A DNA stretch of 51,677 nt from Chloroflexota bacterium (GTDB taxonomy: Bacteria; Chloroflexota; Limnocylindria; QHBO01): contig JBQTHZ010000133.1 in assembly GCA_052388515.1 (NCBI GenBank), positions 1-51,677 of the forward strand. Direction: 5' to 3'. The first letter of the stretch is position 1. Every line of letters starts with the position of its first letter. The notes under the pieces are model-generated. The model did no database searches and was not told where the DNA came from. It saw only the letters and a program-made list of their open reading frames with translations. The position numbers were made by a program, and so were the translations under genes. Shown one piece after another: positions 46,015-51,677 of this stretch.

Positions 46015-46902
46015 GTGGGGCGGACCGCCCTCGGCGCGTTCTCGGACAACGTTTACGGGGCCGAGCTCGATCGGCGCATCACCGAGGCCACCGAAGCGGT
46101 CCGGCGCCGCCTGGAGGCTGAGCCATCGCTGGCCCTCCCGCGACTGGTCGCCGTGCTGGGCTCCGGCCTCGGCGGCGTCGTCGAGCTGCTCGACCCCGAG
46201 CCGCGGCTGCGGCTGAGCTACAGCGAGATTCCGCACGTCCCCGGCGCCGCCGTCGAGGGCCATGCCGGCGAGCTGGTGGCCGGGAGCGTGCGCGGCACGC
46301 CCGCGATCGTCCTCTCGGGACGAGCGCATCCCTACGAGGGGTACTCGCATCGCGAGGCGACCCTCCTCCTGCGCGCCGTCCTCGCGCTTGGCGCGGAGTC
46401 TGTCGTGCTCACCAACGCGGCCGGCGGCTTGAATCCTGACTTCGATCCCGGCGACGTGATGCTCATCAGCGACCACATCAACCTGTCGGGCGACAACCCG
46501 CTGCTCGGTCCGAACCTGGACCGTCTCGGGCCGCGCTTCCCGCCGCTGACCGATGCCTACGACCCTGGTCTCCGCACCGAGGCCCGCGCCGCCGGTGAAC
46601 GCACCGGCGTGGCGTTGCGCGAAGGCGTATACGTGATGCTGTCCGGGCCGGCGTACGAGACGAGGGCGGAGATGCGCATGCTCCGCCTGCTGGGTGCCGA
46701 CGCGGTGGGCATGAGCACAGCACACGAAACGATCGTGGCGCGGCATGCGGGGGCGCGCGTGCTCGGCTTCAGCCTCATCACCAACAAGGCCACCGAGGAC
46801 GTCGAGACCGGCGCCACGCACGACGAGGTCATCGAGATGGGGCGGGTGGGGGCGGCGAGCCTGGTGACACTGCTGGGCGATCTGCTCCCGCGGCTGACCT
46901 AG
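46015..46902 (+). CDS. punA: purine-nucleoside phosphorylase (trimeric type)
   Basis: VLGSGLG, GHAG, GRAHPYEG, TNAAGG, GPAYET, GADAVGMST. Confidence 0.93.
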   Translation: MGRTALGAFSDNVYGAELDRRITEATEAVRRRLEAEPSLALPRLVAVLGSGLGGVVELLDPEPRLRLSYSEIPHVPGAAVEGHAGELVAGSVRGTPAIVLSGRAHPYEGYSHREATLLLRAVLALGAESVVLTNAAGGLNPDFDPGDVMLISDHINLSGDNPLLGPNLDRLGPRFPPLTDAYDPGLRTEARAAGERTGVALREGVYVMLSGPAYETRAEMRMLRLLGADAVGMSTAHETIVARHAGARVLGFSLITNKATEDVETGATHDEVIEMGRVGAASLVTLLGDLLPRLT

Positions 46903-47520
46903 ATGGCGTTCGGTGACATCTCCCTCGAACGACTGATCGCGGGCGCGGTCGCCCTCCTCGTCGGGCTGACCTTCCACGAGTTCAGCCACGCGCTGGTGGC
47001 GGACAACCTCGGCGATCGCCGGCCGCGCGCCATGGGCCGCCTGACCCTGAACCCGATCGCGCACGTGGACCCCATCGGCGCGCTGATGCTCGTGGTGGCC
47101 GGCTTCGGCTGGGCGAAGCCGGTGATGGTCAATCCGGCGGCGCTCCGCGGTGGACGCCGATCGATGGCGCTGGTTGCCTTCGCCGGTCCGATCGCCAACG
47201 TCGTCGTCGCGATCGCCTTCGCGGTCGTCTTCCGCGCGATGAACCTCACGGGCGTCGAGGACGGCTTCTTCCTTCGGCTCGTCGCGCTGATCGTGCAGCT
47301 CAACATCGTGCTGGCCATCTTCAACCTGCTCCCGATTCCGCCGCTGGATGGCTACAACGTGGCGCTCGCGTATCTGCCCCCGCGGCAAGCGATGGTGATT
47401 CAGCAATATGCCCCGTATGGCGTTATCGTGCTGCTCCTGCTCATCTTCATCCCCGGCAGCCCGCTTCGGGCACTGCTTGGGCTCGCGGCACCAATCACCC
47501 GGGTGCTGATCGGTGCATAG
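46903..47520 (+). CDS. site-2 protease (M50)
   Basis: HEFSH, GWAKPV, AGP, FNLLPIPPLDG. Confidence 0.93.
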   Translation: MAFGDISLERLIAGAVALLVGLTFHEFSHALVADNLGDRRPRAMGRLTLNPIAHVDPIGALMLVVAGFGWAKPVMVNPAALRGGRRSMALVAFAGPIANVVVAIAFAVVFRAMNLTGVEDGFFLRLVALIVQLNIVLAIFNLLPIPPLDGYNVALAYLPPRQAMVIQQYAPYGVIVLLLLIFIPGSPLRALLGLAAPITRVLIGA

Positions 47521-47998
47521 GGTCGGCCAGTTCGTGGCGCACGTCCGGGCGCGTATCGAGCCGGAGGAGGCGGCACTCGTGCGACGCATCCTGCCCGAGG
47601 GCGCGATTGCCCTGTTCGAGGGCATGCCCGTCGCGGATCGCCGGCACGGGCTCGACGTCGCGGAGCGCCTGCTGCGTGCCGGTCATGAGGATCGCGACCT
47701 GCTGGCCGCCGCGCTGCTCCACGACGCCGCCAAGGGACATCGTATGCGGCTCTGGCACCGGGTCAGCGGCGTGCTGCTGGAGGCGCTGGCGCCATCGGTC
47801 CTGGGGCGCCTGGCAGATCCTGATCCTGGCTCGTGGCGCCATGCGTTCCACCTCTACCTCCATCACGCGCCAATGTCGGCCGCCCTCGCAACCGGGGCCG
47901 GATGCGCTCCACGGGCCGGAGCCTTCATCCGCGGCCAGGTCCCGAACGCGGACGCCCAGCTGCTCCGGGCGCTCTCGACAGCCGATGACGCAGGCTGA
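47513..47998 (+). CDS. HD domain protein
   Basis: DRRHGLDVA, AALLHDAAK, terminal ADD. Confidence 0.8.
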   Translation: MHRVGQFVAHVRARIEPEEAALVRRILPEGAIALFEGMPVADRRHGLDVAERLLRAGHEDRDLLAAALLHDAAKGHRMRLWHRVSGVLLEALAPSVLGRLADPDPGSWRHAFHLYLHHAPMSAALATGAGCAPRAGAFIRGQVPNADAQLLRALSTADDAG

Positions 47999-48002
47999 GG
48001 GC

Positions 48003-48779
48003 ATGCAGCCGATCGCGGTCGAGCCGGACGCGGGCATTCCCGTGCCAATCGGGGACGCCGGGTTCACGGTTGCATTGCCGGTTTTCGAGGGGCCGCTCCA
48101 GCTGCTGCTGCACCTCATCGAGTCCCGGCAGCTCGACGTGCTGACCGTGCCACTGGCGGACGTGGCCGATGCCTATGTCGAGCACCTGGCCCGCCACGCG
48201 GTCGACGCCGCGAATCTGTCCGAGTTCGTGGCCACTGCCGCCCAGCTCATCCTCCTGAAGTCCAGGCGAATGTTGCCGGCCGAGCCACTTCCGCCGATCC
48301 CCGACGGAACCGATGAGCCCGACGAGGAAGAGCTGCGTCGGCGCCTGCTCGAGTATCGCGCGCTGCGTGATGCATCCGTGCTGCTGGGCGAGCGTGATGG
48401 CACGTCGCCGCTCATGCACCGCGAACCGCGGGAGTCGGATCTTCCCGAGGCCCCCGCGGAGCCGATACCGGTCGCCGTCCTCGTCTCCTCACTCGAGCGG
48501 CTGGCTGCCATCCCGGAGCCGGTGGCGCCCCCACCGGAGATCGTGATCCGCGAGATCACCATCGGGCAGCAGATCGCGGTCCTGCAGGCAGCCCTCTCGC
48601 GAGGCGGTCGGATCGTGCTGCAGGCGGTCCTGGCGCGCTGCCGCTCGCGCACGGAAGCCGCGGTGACGTTCCTCGCCACGCTCGAGCTGGTGCGTCGCCG
48701 CCAGGTGACGGCGCGCCAGGATGACCTCTTCGGCCCGATCGTGGTCGAATCGGCGCCTGCGCCGAGATCGAGCGGATGA
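48003..48779 (+). CDS. scpA: segregation/condensation protein A
   Basis: FEGPLQLLLHLI, LKSRRMLP, TFLATLEL, Q..LFGPI. Confidence 0.93.
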   Translation: MQPIAVEPDAGIPVPIGDAGFTVALPVFEGPLQLLLHLIESRQLDVLTVPLADVADAYVEHLARHAVDAANLSEFVATAAQLILLKSRRMLPAEPLPPIPDGTDEPDEEELRRRLLEYRALRDASVLLGERDGTSPLMHREPRESDLPEAPAEPIPVAVLVSSLERLAAIPEPVAPPPEIVIREITIGQQIAVLQAALSRGGRIVLQAVLARCRSRTEAAVTFLATLELVRRRQVTARQDDLFGPIVVESAPAPRSSG

Positions 48780-49348
48780 GCCCGGCAGCGGGACCCGACG
48801 ACCTCGGCGTCTTCTACGAGGCGCTTCTCTTCATCGCGGAGCGTCCACTGAGCTCGGCCGAGCTCGGCGAGCTGGCCGCCATCCCGCGCCTGCAAGCCGA
48901 GGCTGCCCTCGCATCGCTGGCCGAGCGTCTCGACGAGGACGAGCGTGGCATCCGGCTGCAGCACCATGACGACGCGTGGCAGCTCGTCACCGCTCCCGAG
49001 GTCGGCGCTCGACTGGCGGCCTACGCGGCGCGCGAAGAGGCACGGCTCTCGCCGGCGGCCCTGGAGGCGTTGGCGGTGGTGGCCTATCGACAGCCCTGCA
49101 CGCGCGGCGACGTCGAGCGGGTCCGCGGGGTGGATTCCGACTATGTGATCCGCTCGCTGCTCCATCGACGGCTCGTCGTCGAGATGGGCAGACGCGACAC
49201 GCCCGGGCGTCCCGTCCTGTTCGGCACCACCTTCACCTTTCTCGAGCGCTTCGGGCTGACATCGCTCGACGACCTGCCACCGCTCTCCAGCGATGCGGCC
49301 CAGCTCACGGCACTGGCCGAACCGGCAGCCACCGCCGATGGCGAGTGA
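48776..49348 (+). CDS. scpB: segregation/condensation protein B
   Basis: EALLF, LSPAALEALAVVAYRQP, RGVDS, GRPVLFGTT..FLERFGL. Confidence 0.95.
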   Translation: MSPAAGPDDLGVFYEALLFIAERPLSSAELGELAAIPRLQAEAALASLAERLDEDERGIRLQHHDDAWQLVTAPEVGARLAAYAAREEARLSPAALEALAVVAYRQPCTRGDVERVRGVDSDYVIRSLLHRRLVVEMGRRDTPGRPVLFGTTFTFLERFGLTSLDDLPPLSSDAAQLTALAEPAATADGE

Positions 49349-50084
49349 GCGGCTCCAGAAGATCATCGCGCGCGCCGGGGTCGCCTCACGTCGTGCCGCG
49401 GAGGGCCTGATCGTCGACGGTCGGGTGCACGTCAACGGCTCCGTTGCCCGGATCGGCTCCTCCGCGGATCCGGCTGTCGACCGGATCGAGGTCGATGGCC
49501 GGCCATTGCCGTCCGCCTCGCGTGCGGTGCATCTCGCCGTGCACAAGCCGCCCGGCTTCCTCAGCTCTGCGCACGACGAGCGCGGGCGTCGCTCCGTGGT
49601 GGGACTGGTGGATGCCGGCGACGAACGGCTCTGGCCGGCCGGCCGGCTGGACGTCGAGTCCGAAGGGCTGATGATCCTCACCAACGATGGCGAATGGGCG
49701 AACCGCGTGCTGCACCCGCGATTCGGCAACCAGCGCGAGTACGCGGTGCTCGTGACGCCGCCACCGACGCGCGCCGTCCTCCAGCAGCTCCGCGATGGCG
49801 TGACCCTCGAGGATGGCCCGGCGCGCCTCCTGGATGCCCGCTTCGCCCTGCCGCCGCCCGAGGTGGAGCGCCAGCGCGACGAGGCAGGCATCTGGCTCCA
49901 GGTGCAGATCGGCGAGGGGCGCAAGCGGGAGGTGCGGCGTCTCTTCGGCGCCGTCGACGCTCGGGTCGAACGGCTGGTCCGGACCCGAATCGGGACACTG
50001 CACCTCAGCGGGCTGCGCTCGGGCCAGTGGCGTCATCTCAGGCCGGCCGAGGTGGCCTCGCTGGTCGGGATGCGCCGCCGATGA
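49338..50084 (+). CDS. rluB: rRNA pseudouridine synthase (RluB/RsuA family)
   Basis: ERLQKIIARAGVASRR, HKPPG, GRLDVESEGL, EGRKREVRR. Confidence 0.9.
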   Translation: MASERLQKIIARAGVASRRAAEGLIVDGRVHVNGSVARIGSSADPAVDRIEVDGRPLPSASRAVHLAVHKPPGFLSSAHDERGRRSVVGLVDAGDERLWPAGRLDVESEGLMILTNDGEWANRVLHPRFGNQREYAVLVTPPPTRAVLQQLRDGVTLEDGPARLLDARFALPPPEVERQRDEAGIWLQVQIGEGRKREVRRLFGAVDARVERLVRTRIGTLHLSGLRSGQWRHLRPAEVASLVGMRRR

Positions 50085-50755
50085 CGGTCGTGGTGGCCAT
50101 CGACGGGCCGTCGGGCGCCGGCAAGAGCACGGTCGGGTACGCGCTCGCTCAGCGGATCGACGCCACCTTCGTCGACACGGGGCTGATGTACCGCGCCCTC
50201 ACGCTCGCAGCGCTGCAGCGCGGGATCGACCTCGAGGACGGTTCGATGCTCGGGTCGCTGGCCGCCGACTGCAGCATCGAGGTGGAGCGCCCGCGCCCGG
50301 ATCAGACCGATCGGCTCGAGACCGTGCTCCTCGACGGGCGAGACGTCACGCTGGCGGTCCGCGAGCCGCCGGTCGACCGGGCGGTGAGCGCCGTCAGCCG
50401 CCACGCCGAGGTGCGCGACGCGATGCTCGGCGTGCAGCGTGCGTCCGCCTTCAGCGGCGACGTGGTCATGGTCGGCCGTGACATCGGCTCGGTGGTGCTT
50501 CCCGACGCGAGCCTGAAGGTCTACCTCACCGCCGGCGCGGACGTGCGGGCCGCTCGTCGCGCGGCCGAGATGGGCGCCCCCGATCGGGTCGCTGCCTACC
50601 TCGGCGAGATTCTCCGTCGCGATGCCGCCGACACCGGGCGCGACGTGGCGCCGCTGCGCATCCCGGCCGGCGCCATGATCCTCGATACCGGCGAGCTCGA
50701 CGTGGATGCCTGCGTGGACGCCATCGTCGAGCGCCTGGAGGCCATCGGTGCGTAG
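50081..50755 (+). CDS. cmk: cytidylate kinase
   Basis: AIDGPSGAGKST, DTGLMYRA, GRDIGSVVLPDA. Confidence 0.95.
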   Translation: MTVVVAIDGPSGAGKSTVGYALAQRIDATFVDTGLMYRALTLAALQRGIDLEDGSMLGSLAADCSIEVERPRPDQTDRLETVLLDGRDVTLAVREPPVDRAVSAVSRHAEVRDAMLGVQRASAFSGDVVMVGRDIGSVVLPDASLKVYLTAGADVRAARRAAEMGAPDRVAAYLGEILRRDAADTGRDVAPLRIPAGAMILDTGELDVDACVDAIVERLEAIGA

Positions 50756-51395
50756 CTGGTTCTTCCATCCGGCCGCGGGCGTCATCGGCTGGCTGGCGCG
50801 CGTCTTCTTCGGCGGACGCTTCGAGGGAGTCGAGCACGTGCCACGCACAGGCGCCTTCATTCTCGTCGCCAATCATTGCTCGAACCTCGATCCGCCCCTG
50901 GTCGCATGGGCGACGGCCAACCAGGTCGACCGCGTCATTCACTTCATGGCGAAGGTCGAAATGCGCAGCTGGCCCGTTCTCGGCTGGTTCGCGCGACAGT
51001 CGGCGGTCGTCTTCGTGCGACGTGGCGAGCGGGATCGCGCCGCGCAGCGCCAGCTCCTGGAGCTGCTGGCCGACGGGCGCCCGATCGGCATCTTCGTGGA
51101 GGGCACCCGCTCGCGCGATGGCCGCATGCGGGCCGTCAAGCCCGGCGCGGCCTGGCTGGCCCTCACCGCCGGCGTCCCGTTGCTGCCGGTCGGCATCGCT
51201 GGTACCGATCAGCTCTTTCCGGGTCGCGCGCGCTGGCCCCATGCCACGCGCATCACGATCCGCATCGGCGAGCCGTTCACCTTGCTCGCAGGGTCATCCG
51301 GCCGCATGGATCGAGAGGCGCTCGAGCGAGGGACGGCGCGGATCGCGGCGGAGATCGCGGCGCTCCTCCCACCGGAGCAGCAACCCGCGCGCTGA
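50748..51395 (+). CDS. plsC: 1-acyl-sn-glycerol-3-phosphate acyltransferase
   Basis: NHCSNLD (NHx4D), FMAK, EGTRS. Confidence 0.9.
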   Translation: MRSWFFHPAAGVIGWLARVFFGGRFEGVEHVPRTGAFILVANHCSNLDPPLVAWATANQVDRVIHFMAKVEMRSWPVLGWFARQSAVVFVRRGERDRAAQRQLLELLADGRPIGIFVEGTRSRDGRMRAVKPGAAWLALTAGVPLLPVGIAGTDQLFPGRARWPHATRITIRIGEPFTLLAGSSGRMDREALERGTARIAAEIAALLPPEQQPAR

Positions 51396-51414
51396 CGCTG
51401 GCCCCTCGTCCGCA

Positions 51415-51620
51415 GCACTCCGCCGGATATTCGCCTGATGATTGGTAGGCAATGAGTTGGGCATTCGGCACGCGCCTGCTGCCGTGCGATGAGCGTGGCA
51501 GCGCAGCGCGGTGGGGCTCGGGGCGCCCTCCGACCTGTCCATGAGTCACTCCACGCATACGTGACCCGACATCGGCCGATCTGCGCGGGTATCAGTCATC
51601 GCCAGAATATCTGGCAGTGC
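51415..51620. other. ~205-bp element with imperfect ~30-bp terminal inverted repeats (structured RNA or MITE-like)
   Basis: gcactccgccggatattcgcctgatgattggta pairs with tatcagtcatcgccagaatatctggcagtgc; internal gctgcc/ggcagc hairpin. Confidence 0.5.
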
Positions 51621-51677
51621 CGTGGAGGGCGGCATGAGCCGGAACGGACCTTGCGACGTATTACCAATAGAATGAAT

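Overview
GC-rich bacterial chromosome segment, almost all + strand housekeeping genes: comM(5'-truncated)-dprA-[Ig/CAP]-topA-xerC-murJ-femX-murE-femX-ybaK-rel-hisS-aspS-[repeat-bounded insert with solitary ectC]-iscS-mnmA-alaS-ftsA-like-baseplateJ-like-ruvX-mltG-pepP(nonsense)-efp-xseAB-dxs-tlyA-RHH-nadK-recN-xerD-punA-S2P-HD-scpAB-rluB-cmk-plsC. Gene content suggests Chloroflexota (possibly Ca. Limnocylindria); this is inference only. Most notable: (1) a translationally coupled non-canonical FtsA-like ATPase plus a membrane-anchored baseplate-J-like protein, in an operon with ruvX and mltG and without ftsZ or phage genes, a candidate undescribed envelope/cytoskeletal system; (2) a decayed 56-codon topA 5' remnant directly before the intact topA, suggesting in-place gene replacement; (3) the first ~1.6 kb looks like the end of an island inserted in comM, with an IS21 istB relic; (4) two degenerate ~125-bp repeat units bracketing a broken gene and an orphan ectC; (5) candidate leaderless promoters, palindromes and a terminal structured element. 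No rRNA, tRNA or CRISPR array was seen. All calls are from motif recognition by eye; no searches were run.
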